This document shows positions 23,104 through 32,000 of a stretch of DNA of 32,000 bases, piece after piece (the stretch's first letter is position 1; each line of letters begins with the position of its first letter). A program made the translations under genes and the position numbers. The stretch comes from Nostoc sp. Its GTDB lineage: Bacteria; Cyanobacteriota; Cyanobacteriia; Cyanobacteriales; Nostocaceae. Under the pieces are notes generated by a model that saw only the letters and a list, made by a program, of their open reading frames with translations, made no database searches and was not told where the DNA came from. The stretch spans positions 16,022 to 48,021 of the forward strand of contig NZ_JBALFV010000125.1 of NCBI RefSeq assembly GCF_036916735.1, read 5' to 3'.

Positions 23104-23229
23104 GACTAATGACATACGACTCTTGACCAATCAGAGTTTATCTCAGAAGTTATCATTGGGTGCATATACGTTCCCAAATGAATGCGTTAAATTGTTAATT
23201 CGTGGGTGAAAAACAGAGGCTAGGAAGAA

Positions 23230-25245
23230 ATGGGTGTTGATCCAACTGCTACATCTGACGAGGTGGTACAAGTACCGTCCAATGGACACAAAGAAGTGAA
23301 AAATCATAAGCAAAAAAAACTGTTATCACCTAGTCCTACCACAGGAGATTTACCTCGCTCTTGGAAAATTGAGGATAGCGAAGCCTTATACAGGATTGAA
23401 GGTTGGGGACAACCTTATTTTTCCATTAGCGCTGCCGGACACATTACCGTGGCACCTAAAGGCGATCGCGGGGGATCTCTTGACTTGTTTGAATTGGTCA
23501 ACGCCATGAAACAGCGCAACTTGGGACTTCCTATGTTGATTCGCTTTTCCGATATTTTGGAAGACCGGATTGAACGGTTAAATGCTTGTTTTGCTAAAGC
23601 GATCGCCCGCTATAATTACCCTGGTGTCTACCGTGGTGTGTTTCCCGTAAAATGCAATCAAGAACGGCATTTGATTGAGGATTTAGTGAAATTTGGCAAG
23701 CCCCATCAATTTGGTTTAGAAGCCGGTTCCAAGCCAGAATTAATGATTGCTCTAGCTGTCTTGGATACACCAGGAGCATTGTTAGTTTGCAACGGCTACA
23801 AAGACCGAGAATACATCGAAACGGCAATGCTAGCCCAAAGACTAGGGCAAACACCAATTATCGTTTTAGAACAGATTGAAGAAGTTGATTTGGTGATTGA
23901 TGCCAATCGCCAGTTAGGTATTAAGCCAATATTAGGTGTTCGTGCTAAACTCAGTACCCAAGGCATGGGACGTTGGGGAACCTCTAGTGGCGATCGCGCT
24001 AAATTTGGTTTGACAATGCCTGAAGTAATCGAGGCTGTTGACAAGTTACGGGAAGCTAACCTACTCGATTCTTTGCAGTTGATGCACTTCCATATCGGCT
24101 CACAAATCTCTGCCATTAATGTAATTAAAGATGCTATCCAAGAAGCCAGCCGCATCTATGTAGAATTGGCAATGCTGGGAGCGGATATGAAATACCTTGA
24201 TGTTGGTGGCGGCTTGGGCGTAGATTATGATGGCTCCCAAACCAACTTCTATGCATCGAAAAATTACAACATGCAGAACTATGCTAACGACATCGTGGCA
24301 GAGTTAAAAGATACCTGTGCCGAGCGGCAGATTTCCGTACCAACACTGATTAGCGAAAGTGGACGAGCGATCGCTTCCCATCAGTCAGTGCTGATTTTTG
24401 ATGTTCTCAGTACTAGTGATGTCCCCCTCGATATACCAGAACCTCCGCAAGAGGGAGAATCCCCAATTATTAATTACCTTTGGGAAAGCTTCCAATCCAT
24501 CAACCAAGAGAATTACCAAGAGTTGTACCACGACGCTGCACAATTCAAAGAAGAAGCGATCAGCAGGTTCAACTTAGGAATTTTACGCCTCAGAGAACGA
24601 GCCAAAGCCGAACGCCTCTATTGGGCTTGTTGTCAGAAAATTCTCAAGATAACTAGACAGCAAGAATACGTACCCGATGAACTGGAAGACCTAGAACAAA
24701 TTATGGCTTCCATCTACTACGTGAATATGTCAGTGTTTCAATCAGCACCAGATTGCTGGGCGATCGATCAGCTATTCCCAATCATGCCAATCCACCGCTT
24801 AGATGAAGAACCAACACGGCGGGGAATTTTAGCAGACCTCACCTGTGATAGTGATGGTAAAATCGACCGCTTTATAGACCTGCGCGATGTCAAATCGGTT
24901 TTAGAGTTACACTCTTACAAGCCCGGAGAACCCTATTATTTGGGGATGTTCTTGAATGGAGCTTACCAAGAAATCATGGGCAATTTGCACAACCTATTTG
25001 GCGACACCAACGCCGTTCACATCCAATTAACCCCCAAAGGCTACCAGATTGAACACGTTGTCAAAGGTGACACCATGAGCGAAGTGGTAAGCTACGTCCA
25101 GTATGACTCTGAAGATATGGTGGAAAACATTCGCCAGCGTTGCGAGAAAGCATTAGAAGAAAAGCGCATCACCCTAGCAGAATCTCAGCGACTGCTACAA
25201 ACCTACGAACAGAGTCTCAGAAGATATACGTACTTAAATAGTTAG
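23230..25245 (+). CDS. speA: Biosynthetic arginine decarboxylase
   Basis: 671 aa. W..EDSEALYRIEGWG.PYFSI...G, PVKCNQ, the PLP-fold segment FHIGSQI, and the C-terminal pattern typical of SpeA. Confidence 0.95.
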   Translation: MGVDPTATSDEVVQVPSNGHKEVKNHKQKKLLSPSPTTGDLPRSWKIEDSEALYRIEGWGQPYFSISAAGHITVAPKGDRGGSLDLFELVNAMKQRNLGLPMLIRFSDILEDRIERLNACFAKAIARYNYPGVYRGVFPVKCNQERHLIEDLVKFGKPHQFGLEAGSKPELMIALAVLDTPGALLVCNGYKDREYIETAMLAQRLGQTPIIVLEQIEEVDLVIDANRQLGIKPILGVRAKLSTQGMGRWGTSSGDRAKFGLTMPEVIEAVDKLREANLLDSLQLMHFHIGSQISAINVIKDAIQEASRIYVELAMLGADMKYLDVGGGLGVDYDGSQTNFYASKNYNMQNYANDIVAELKDTCAERQISVPTLISESGRAIASHQSVLIFDVLSTSDVPLDIPEPPQEGESPIINYLWESFQSINQENYQELYHDAAQFKEEAISRFNLGILRLRERAKAERLYWACCQKILKITRQQEYVPDELEDLEQIMASIYYVNMSVFQSAPDCWAIDQLFPIMPIHRLDEEPTRRGILADLTCDSDGKIDRFIDLRDVKSVLELHSYKPGEPYYLGMFLNGAYQEIMGNLHNLFGDTNAVHIQLTPKGYQIEHVVKGDTMSEVVSYVQYDSEDMVENIRQRCEKALEEKRITLAESQRLLQTYEQSLRRYTYLNS

Positions 25246-25357
25246 GAGTTAGGAGTGAAGAGTTACGAATAATGTTAAGAGTTAGAAGTGAAGAGGAAAA
25301 CACAAACTTCTAACTCCTAACTCCTAACTCCTAACTCCAAACTTCTAACTCCTAACT
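25241..25357. repeat. STRR region: TTAGGAG units followed by inverted CTCCTAA units between convergent genes
   Basis: gttaggagttaggagtgaag... then ...cttctaactcctaactcctaactcctaactccaaacttctaactcctaac. It starts within the speA stop codon and ends at the stop of the minus-strand gene. Confidence 0.85.
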
Positions 25358-26527
25358 TTAACTTGCGTTTGTCCCCAACAATTCCTCTATAGCTTGTAAC
25401 TCAAGAGGGGTATGTAATGGCGGGGTCTGACGGGCATCGGTAATCAGCCAGTCTAAAGCAGCTGCTTGAACATCTATTGCAGCGCCAGTTTTATCCACGC
25501 AATAACGTCCAAACACCAGCTTATCGACTAAACGCACTCCTGGCCCCAACCGCGACCATTCAAAAATCACGCTGTTTTCTACTGTTGCGCCATTACATAT
25601 CCAACAATTAGGGCCAATCATCGCTGGACCGATAATTTTAGCTCCGTCTTCTATTCTCGTCATCCCGCCAATGTAAACTGGGCCTGTAATATCAACTTTG
25701 TCCCAATTTACGGCAACATTTAAGCCAGTGTAGATGCCAGGGGCGACTTCATGACCAGGAATTTGCACGTTCTTGATTTCACCTAGCAATACACCGCGAA
25801 TCGCCCGCCAATAGTCTGGTACTTTACCAATATCTACCCATTCAAAATCCATAGGAATGGCGTAGAAGGGAGCCTTAATTTCTACCAATTTGGGAAACAA
25901 TTGGCCACCAATATCATATTCGACACTAGAAGGGATATAGTTAAACACTTCTGGCTCAAAGATGTAAATACCTGTGTTGATGTTGGTGCTGAGGGCTTCT
26001 TCAGTTGAAGGTTTTTCTTGGAAAGCTTTGACACGACCCTCTTCGTCAGTTACCACCACACCGTAGCTAGAAACTTCTTCCTTGGGGACAGATTTCGTAA
26101 TAATAGTAGCGATCGACCCTTTAGCTCTATGCCATTTAACCGCCGCAGTTAAATCCAAATCAATTAAAGCATCACCGCACAATACCACAAAGGTATCATC
26201 AAAAAAGGGCGAGAAGTCTTGGATGCGGCGCATCCCTCCAGCTGAACCTATTGCTTCGCCTTCGAGTTTACCGTTGTCATCAATTTTGCCTTCAAAGGAA
26301 TAGGCAATTTGCACCCCAAACCTCTGACCATCACGAAAATAGTTTTCTATTTCCTCAGCCAAATGACTAACGTTGACCATAATTTGGTCAAATCCATGTT
26401 GGCGTAACAATTCCAACAAGAACTCCATCACTGGCTTTTGCAGGATGGGAATCATTGGTTTGGGAATTGTATAGGTAATCGGACGCACGCGAGTACCCTT
26501 GCCAGCCGCGAGAATCATCGCTTTCAT
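25358..26527 (-). CDS. NDP-sugar pyrophosphorylase (sugar-1-phosphate nucleotidyltransferase, GMPP/GlgC-like) with C-terminal left-handed beta-helix
   Basis: 389 aa. MKAMILAAGKGTRVRPITYTIPKPMIPI is the nucleotidyltransferase G-x-G-T-R loop. The C-terminal hexapeptide-repeat-like region is IGGMTRIEDGAKIIGPAMIGPNCWICNGATVENSVI. Confidence 0.85.
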   Translation of the reverse strand: MKAMILAAGKGTRVRPITYTIPKPMIPILQKPVMEFLLELLRQHGFDQIMVNVSHLAEEIENYFRDGQRFGVQIAYSFEGKIDDNGKLEGEAIGSAGGMRRIQDFSPFFDDTFVVLCGDALIDLDLTAAVKWHRAKGSIATIITKSVPKEEVSSYGVVVTDEEGRVKAFQEKPSTEEALSTNINTGIYIFEPEVFNYIPSSVEYDIGGQLFPKLVEIKAPFYAIPMDFEWVDIGKVPDYWRAIRGVLLGEIKNVQIPGHEVAPGIYTGLNVAVNWDKVDITGPVYIGGMTRIEDGAKIIGPAMIGPNCWICNGATVENSVIFEWSRLGPGVRLVDKLVFGRYCVDKTGAAIDVQAAALDWLITDARQTPPLHTPLELQAIEELLGTNAS

Positions 26528-26757
26528 AAAAATTTATTCCTCAACCACAAGCCAGTTTACTTTTATCGAGTGATACTTAATCATCAGTTTTTATTTCTGC
26601 TCTAAGTTATCCCTTAAACAGGAATAACAGGAATTTAGTGGTTATTGCAACCATAAGTATACTTAGATGACAAGCGATCGCTTATCTTTTCAATTTACTC
26701 GGATTTTGGACTGAATCAAAAATCTGTAAATTATCTGTAAAGCTATTTATTAGTTTA

Positions 26758-27588
26758 TTAGTTCATTGACTCCTCAAAAGGTTTGCCAGTCTTAGCTGAA
26801 TCTATAAGTAGCCGAACTTTGATCTCATGGTAGAACTCCTCTTGAAATAGCTCTACTTTGGATTGAGCCGAGAGCAACAGCAGTGCCCAGAAAACGCTAA
26901 CTAAATGACTGTGTTTAGAATCATGTCCAGACCCACTTTGTTTGAGATGCTTTGTCTGAGTCCACAACTCTACAAGTTGTTCTAGATTCAACCAATTTTG
27001 TTCTAAATTTAGCTCCCTTGCCCACACATTCAACACCTGTTCTAGTTCCCCAGCTACTTCCGTCAGATTTTCCTGGTGAGCTAACTCCAGCGCCTGCCGC
27101 ATACTTTGGACACTAGGCAGACGTTTGGGACGGATAGGTTTGCTGACTTTTTCTACAAGTTTTAGGTGGTTTGCCATAATCTGCAATTGCTTAATTAACT
27201 CTTGCAGAGTTACCCGACGCTTTGGTGGCGGCATTGCCGATGGACGACGACGCAATTGTCGTTCTAATGGTAGACGATGACCCTGATGTAATATTCCGTC
27301 TTCATCTTCTAATAGGGCATCATCTACTACATCATCCTGGACATCTCCTACTGTTGACAATTGCATCAAGGTATTTGCCTTGAATAATACCAACATTGAT
27401 GCTGACAAAAATGCCTGTCCAGATTGAGATAAGTCTGATTCATAACCTCTTCCTATTTCCTCCGGTGCCATCAGTTCTAAGTAACGGTCAATCACCTCAA
27501 TCACTTGGACATCCCAAGGGTCAATTTCTCCCTGTTGGGCTTGGTAAATCAAGAGTGTGATTGTTTCTAATAGCTCGGAAGCTTCCAT
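26758..27588 (-). CDS. scpA: Segregation and condensation protein A (kleisin)
   Basis: 276 aa. LIYQAQQGEIDPWDVQVIEVIDRYL at the N-terminus and a C-terminal winged-helix-like FWALLLLSAQSKVELFQEE are typical of ScpA. Confidence 0.75.
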   Translation of the reverse strand: MEASELLETITLLIYQAQQGEIDPWDVQVIEVIDRYLELMAPEEIGRGYESDLSQSGQAFLSASMLVLFKANTLMQLSTVGDVQDDVVDDALLEDEDGILHQGHRLPLERQLRRRPSAMPPPKRRVTLQELIKQLQIMANHLKLVEKVSKPIRPKRLPSVQSMRQALELAHQENLTEVAGELEQVLNVWARELNLEQNWLNLEQLVELWTQTKHLKQSGSGHDSKHSHLVSVFWALLLLSAQSKVELFQEEFYHEIKVRLLIDSAKTGKPFEESMN

Positions 27589-27886
27589 TAATAGGTTCTA
27601 AGTTAATTAATGACAGGAATTGCCTGTTGGCAGTATTCCCTGAAATTTGTAATCAATCACCATTGTGAATTGTGAGATCAGATTGTGCAACCTTGGGCAT
27701 TGGGCACTTGTACTGCCCTTCTCTTCTTAGGCTGCGCCCTAAGCGTAGCTGTGCCGCAGGCTTTACGACTATGCTCAGGAACCGCGACTTGTGCCAAGCG
27801 GACTTGTACTGAGTGTAGTCGAAGTAAGTCGAAGTATTGGGAATTGGGAAAGAGAAGGCAAAAGGTATGAGGCAGAAGTTCTAAAA

Positions 27887-27932
27887 TTTTTGAATTTTGA
27901 ATTTTGAATTTTGAATTTTGAATTTTGAATTG
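27887..27932. repeat. Heptamer tandem repeat (GAATTTT/TTTGAAT, about 6 copies)
   Basis: tttttgaattttgaattttgaattttgaattttgaattttgaattga read directly. It sits between scpA and the AI-2E permease gene, next to a dispersed-repeat block at 27685-27850. Confidence 0.9.
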
Positions 27933-27958
27933 ATTTCTCCCCCTGCCCCTTTGCCATC

Positions 27959-29053
27959 TTAATCGAGGGGTGGATCATGAGGAATAGTGACAGTTGATAC
28001 AAAGTTACTAGGCTTGCCGCTCTTGATCGCATCGAAAGTTCCTTTGATAGTACCAGCAATGGGAACAGCAACAAGTGTCCCCAACAATCCAGCAATCTCA
28101 AATCCCATCAAAATAGCTACGAAAATCCAGATAGGGTTCAGCCCGATAAAGTTGCCGAGTAACCTGGGAGCTAACAAGTTATCTTTAACCTGCTGCATGA
28201 GAATTGCCGCTATGGCAACTTGAACTGCCAACCACCAATTTTGCAGCAGTACTAAAATAGTCACTAGACCAATGCCGAGAGATGCTCCAATAAAAGGAAT
28301 AAGTTCCGAGATCCCGATCAATATGGCAAACAACAGGGCAAAGGGCAACTTCATCACTAAGAAAATTGGCGTCAGGGTTAGCACCATGAACAGTCCTAGC
28401 AACAACTGGCTAAGGAAGAAGTTCTGAAAATTGAGGCGCAAGGATGCAGTAAGAGGATCTGCAATATTAGAGGGCAAAATATTGACTAGACCATACCAGA
28501 CGCGATCGCCATATAAAAGCATATAAAATGCAAGCACGATTACTAACACTACGTCAAGTAATCCTGAGAGCAGTGTTCCAGCAAATCCCACTGCACCAGA
28601 AGCTAGTTGTTGTACCAGATTCTGAATGTTGGCATTGATTTGACTGCTCACAACTCTCAAATCAATTGGCAAACGTCGTTGTTTTGCCAGCATCTCAAAC
28701 TGCTTTAAGTTCGCTTGACTGGCGCCTAACCAATCAGGGATATTATTTAACAGTTGAACTGTTTGATCAATGATTAATGGCACTAGAGTGACGCCCAGAA
28801 TCACCAACAGGGTTAATGTTGCAAGTAAAACTATGATCACTGCCTGAGTGCGCGTGATCCGGGCACGTTCAAAGAACTTAACTGGGTAATTTAGTAGAAA
28901 AGCCAGAATCGCTGCAATGATCAAGACGGTAATGGGATGCTGAAAATAGCGAAAAAGAACAGACAGCAGCCAGATATTGAGAGCGATAATCGGGCCGCTT
29001 AGACCATAAATTAACAGGCGTTGAAGGGAGGCTGAACGGCGCATCTTATGCAA
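27959..29053 (-). CDS. AI-2E family transporter (PerM/UPF0118 permease)
   Basis: 364 aa with about 8 TM segments. The conserved C-terminal pattern ELIPFIGASLG...NLLAPRLLG...GLNPIWIFVAILMG..IAGLLG.LVAVPIAG is typical of PF01594. Confidence 0.85.
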   Translation of the reverse strand: MHKMRRSASLQRLLIYGLSGPIIALNIWLLSVLFRYFQHPITVLIIAAILAFLLNYPVKFFERARITRTQAVIIVLLATLTLLVILGVTLVPLIIDQTVQLLNNIPDWLGASQANLKQFEMLAKQRRLPIDLRVVSSQINANIQNLVQQLASGAVGFAGTLLSGLLDVVLVIVLAFYMLLYGDRVWYGLVNILPSNIADPLTASLRLNFQNFFLSQLLLGLFMVLTLTPIFLVMKLPFALLFAILIGISELIPFIGASLGIGLVTILVLLQNWWLAVQVAIAAILMQQVKDNLLAPRLLGNFIGLNPIWIFVAILMGFEIAGLLGTLVAVPIAGTIKGTFDAIKSGKPSNFVSTVTIPHDPPLD

Positions 29054-29118
29054 CCTATTTTAGATATTTTTAACAAAGACATGTATAAGCGTATCTGATA
29101 ACCAGGAAGTAAATCAAA

Positions 29119-29763
29119 ATGGACAAAACCATAGCTGACCTTCGCAAAGACTACACCTTGGAAGGTTTAAGCGAACTTGAAATTGACCTCAATCCGTTTA
29201 TCCAATTTAAAAAATGGTTCGATCAGGCACTAGCAGCGCAACTCCCAGAGCCCAATGCCATGACCATTGCCACTGCCACACCAGACGGTAAGCCCTCAGC
29301 CAGAATGGTGTTACTCAAGGATTTTGATGAACGGGGCTTTGCTTTCTTTACCAACTACAACAGTCACAAAGGACAAGAACTGGCAGAAAATCCCCAAGGG
29401 GCTTTAGTGTTCTGGTGGGCAGAACTGGAACGTCAAGTGCGGATTTCGGGGTATGTAGAGAAAGTTTCCGAAACTGAGTCCGACCAGTATTTTCACAGTC
29501 GCCCTGCTAACAGTCGCCTGGGTGCGTGGATATCTAATCAAAGCGAGGTGATAGAAAGCCGAGAAGTTCTTGAGCGACGTTTGCAGGAGTTTAAAAGCAA
29601 ATATGAAAATGAGAAGATTCCCCGACCGCCTCATTGGGGAGGCTTACGAGTGATCCCCACAGAAATTGAGTTTTGGCAAGGCCGCCCCAGTCGTCTCCAC
29701 GATCGCTTACTCTATAGCCGTTTAGATAATGACACTTGGAAAATAGAGCGGTTGTCACCGTGA
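29119..29763 (+). CDS. pdxH: Pyridoxamine 5'-phosphate oxidase
   Basis: 214 aa. LRKDYT...L.E......P...F..W...A.....EPNAMT.AT....[28 protein letters not shown].....F.W..LERQVRI.G...K.....S..YF.SRP..S..GAW.S.QS......R..L...WGG.R..P...EFWQGR.SRLHDR is the full PdxH signature. Confidence 0.95.
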   Translation: MDKTIADLRKDYTLEGLSELEIDLNPFIQFKKWFDQALAAQLPEPNAMTIATATPDGKPSARMVLLKDFDERGFAFFTNYNSHKGQELAENPQGALVFWWAELERQVRISGYVEKVSETESDQYFHSRPANSRLGAWISNQSEVIESREVLERRLQEFKSKYENEKIPRPPHWGGLRVIPTEIEFWQGRPSRLHDRLLYSRLDNDTWKIERLSP

Positions 29764-29769
29764 AAAAGA

Positions 29770-29797
29770 GGCAGGGGGCAGGGGGCAGAGGGAGGGA
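29770..29797. repeat. GGCAGGG-type STRR units with a complementary CCTGCCTCTT segment about 150 nt downstream
   Basis: ggcagggggcagggggcagagggaggg. AAGAGGCAGG (about 29766-29775) is complementary to CCTGCCTCTT (about 29939-29948), bracketing the convergent intergenic region. Confidence 0.7.
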
Positions 29798-29966
29798 AAG
29801 TCGTAGTGAAGTCCAGAAATTGGATAATTTATTTTTTGGAGTTCCCTTAACTGGCAATCTTAAACCAGAGGTAGGCGAGCAGGGAGAAGAGGACAAGGGG
29901 AAAGATTTGTTACAAGTTCTCTGTTACCTCTTCTCCTCCTGCCTCTTCATTGAACAGATGAATACT

Positions 29967-30764
29967 CTACTGTTCTTGAGCAGTAGCTGCTTTAGGAGGG
30001 AACTCAATTCTGGGATCTGGCATGAAATTGTATCTCAAGTACAATCCTCCCCAGACAAACAAGATAATTAACAATGCACCAATACCAATGGAACTGGGAA
30101 GCCAGAAAACAGCTTCTATATGGTTTAGCTCACCAGGGTGGAGTTTCCACACTAATCGATTGCCATTTTTTTCTGGCTCTATTGCAGTTTCAGTTAGTTG
30201 AATATTTTTGGCTCCCCAAGGAGTCTTCAAGCTAAATTCCAAGTCGAGAATTGAACCAGCATTAGCCAAGACGTTACCTTTGCTGGCAATTAAGGATAGT
30301 GATCGCAAATCCAAATCATAAATTAACCGATTTCGGACTAAAAGTAAAAAATTGTTCTGCTCCAAGAGTACATTTGATTCAATTTTCGGCAGTTCTGAGT
30401 CAGATTGCTTTCCCACTGACTCAGAGGGTTGATTCGCACGGGAGTTAAAAAATTCGTTAAACTTCTCTTGTAATTCCCTACCACTACTAAAAGGAATTGT
30501 GACAATGATTTCTTCTTGAGAAACTCGCTGTGTTTTACCTTCTAGTTGACGGGCGCGGCGTTCTATGCTTTTTAACCATTCGTACACAGAATCGCCACTA
30601 AAACTAGTTAGCCGCTCTCCCAACCTAATATGCTGTACTAGTTCGCCACTATTTGAGTTGTCAAAATTAAGCCCTACATCGTACTTCACACAGCCAGTCA
30701 GTAGCAGGGATGTTAACAGCACTAGCCAGAGAATAAGATTTCGCATGGGAAAGACGCGGTTCAT
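29967..30764 (-). CDS. Conserved cyanobacterial lipoprotein-like membrane protein (DUF3153-like)
   Basis: Lipobox LLLTGC after a hydrophobic leader (MRNLILWLVLLTSLLLTGC) and a C-terminal TM segment (IGIGALLIILFVWGGLYL). The tracked ORF extends to 30848, but internal Met29 (30764) or Met35 (30746) give a canonical signal peptide. Confidence 0.6.
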   Translation of the reverse strand: MNRVFPMRNLILWLVLLTSLLLTGCVKYDVGLNFDNSNSGELVQHIRLGERLTSFSGDSVYEWLKSIERRARQLEGKTQRVSQEEIIVTIPFSSGRELQEKFNEFFNSRANQPSESVGKQSDSELPKIESNVLLEQNNFLLLVRNRLIYDLDLRSLSLIASKGNVLANAGSILDLEFSLKTPWGAKNIQLTETAIEPEKNGNRLVWKLHPGELNHIEAVFWLPSSIGIGALLIILFVWGGLYLRYNFMPDPRIEFPPKAATAQEQ

Positions 30765-31258
30765 TCGATTTCTACCATTCAGTGTCAATAAAAACCTAAA
30801 TGGTCTGATTAACCACAATAAAATCTGTCCGAAAATGGAAGAATTCATAACTATAAGTCTCTCTAAAAGTCAAACTTTTTAACCAATCTTGACTCTTACC
30901 TCAACACAAGGCAATCTGGTTTAAAGGTTTCCACACCAGTTTCTATAATTTTGGGAAAGTTGGCAATAGACTGGTAAAGTTCATTCAATATCTACAAATT
31001 GGCAAAAGGTAGTATAATTTTATGGAATATTTATTTAAATTTGAAAAACTATTTTTCCAAAGATTACATCAATCACTTATACTAATAATATTTTACTTTG
31101 TCGTTTTTAGATTAAAAGATTTGAATAATAACTAACGCGATGTACAAAAATTTAGTTCTATCACAAGACATCGAAGTGTAGTTGCAAACTAAACAGACGA
31201 TTTAAGCATACACAAAAAGCTATATTCATTATAAGTTATTTCAGGGGTTAACTCTGTA

Positions 31259-32000
31259 ATGCAATCACGTAATTCATCAAATTTACGACAAAAAGCTGTT
31301 AAAGGAGTATTTTGGTCTGCTCTAGACAGTTGGGGACGTCAAGTTATTGCCCTCGGTATTTTTTTCATACTGGCACGCTTGCTAGGCCCAGAAACTTTTG
31401 GTCTAGTTGCTCTATCCACCATATTTTTGAATTTTTTGCAAATTTTTCTTGACCAAGGTCTGTCCCAAGCAATTGTACAACGTCAAGATATAGAAAAAGA
31501 ACATTTAGATACTGCCTTTTGGACTAATTTAGGAGTCAGTGGACTGACAGCAATATTAAGTATTGCTTGTGCTGGATTGATTGGTGATTTATTCAAAGAG
31601 CCACAGATTACACCAATAATCCGCTATTTATCTCTAGGCTTTCTAATCAGTGGTTTTAGTAGTGTTCAAGAAGCAATTTTTCAACGAAAACTAGCTTTCA
31701 AATCCCTTGCCATACGCTCATTGATAGCAGTAATTCTTGGCGGAACAGTAGGCGTAACTATGGCATTTATGGGATTTGGAGTTTGGAGCCTTGTCGGTCA
31801 GCAATTAACCAATAGCTTTGCACAAGTTTTAGTACTTTGGTGGGTAAGTGACTGGCGTCCAGGATTCAAATTTTCGCCACAACACTTCAAAGAACTATTT
31901 GCCTTTGGAGTAAATGTAATGGGGATGAATTTATTTAACTTTTTAAACCGCCGTTCTGACGATTTTTTAATCGGTTATTTCCTGGGTTCTACTGCATTAG
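31259..32000 (+). CDS. Polysaccharide biosynthesis protein / Wzx-like flippase (MOP superfamily), 5' partial (runs off window)
   Basis: Open frame from ATG 31259 to the window end: MQSRNSSNLRQKAVKGVFWSALDSWGRQVIALGIFFILARLLGPETFGLVALSTIFLNFLQIFLDQGLSQAIVQRQD.... This is the typical N-terminus of lipopolysaccharide/exopolysaccharide flippases. It is absent from the ORF track because it has no stop in the window. Confidence 0.8.
   Translation, partial: MQSRNSSNLRQKAVKGVFWSALDSWGRQVIALGIFFILARLLGPETFGLVALSTIFLNFLQIFLDQGLSQAIVQRQDIEKEHLDTAFWTNLGVSGLTAILSIACAGLIGDLFKEPQITPIIRYLSLGFLISGFSSVQEAIFQRKLAFKSLAIRSLIAVILGGTVGVTMAFMGFGVWSLVGQQLTNSFAQVLVLWWVSDWRPGFKFSPQHFKELFAFGVNVMGMNLFNFLNRRSDDFLIGYFLGSTAL

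Noticed and set aside
27685-28101. ORFs 27685-27870 (+) and 27775-28101 (-)
   Set aside because: They span dispersed-repeat and heptamer-repeat DNA, and the second overlaps the 3' end of the AI-2E permease gene. No coding signal.
29591-30071. ORFs 29591-29896 (-) and 29736-30071 (+) in the pdxH/lipoprotein convergent spacer
   Set aside because: They overlap pdxH or the downstream gene and run through GGCAGGG/CCTGCC STRR sequence. Artefacts.

Overview
This window looks like a Nostocales-type (Nostoc/Anabaena-like) cyanobacterial chromosome segment. The evidence is frequent HIP1 octamers (GCGATCGC), heptameric STRR arrays (CTCCTAA/TTAGGAG, TGACCAA, GGCAGGG, TTTGAAT) and small palindromic dispersed repeats in most intergenic regions. 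Recognisable housekeeping genes are a YfcG-like GST, a GNAT acetyltransferase, moaD, acs, a terC-family gene, ndk, speA, an NDP-sugar pyrophosphorylase, scpA, an AI-2E permease, pdxH and a partial wzx-like flippase. Between acs and terC (about 11.9-21.6 kb) lies an accessory island. It holds two PD-(D/E)xK-type nuclease genes, two unknown genes, an intact RelE/ParE toxin-antitoxin pair, a parD antitoxin next to a nonsense-inactivated parE, and a DUF433 gene that is split by a 176-bp MITE and also carries a nonsense codon. The main finding is a two-gene module at 16136-19827. A small helical protein ends in a ~26-aa motif that recurs (18/26 identical) at the extreme N-terminus of the next gene, a 1087-aa NB-ARC STAND ATPase with fourteen near-identical 42-aa TPR repeats. 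This is the architecture of NLR-associated amyloid signalling (Bell-like effector, BASS motif, NLR), a predicted cell-death/immunity system that to my knowledge has no defined trigger or physiological role in cyanobacteria. Directly upstream is a 21-bp-phased, 84-bp tandem array (15690-16026) of unknown function. Other notable items are a double-glycine-leader peptide gene (563-832), a strongly AT-rich GT-C-like membrane protein gene (6002-7339), and a ~70-bp 5' module shared by two toxin-antitoxin loci. I found no rRNA, tRNA or CRISPR array.
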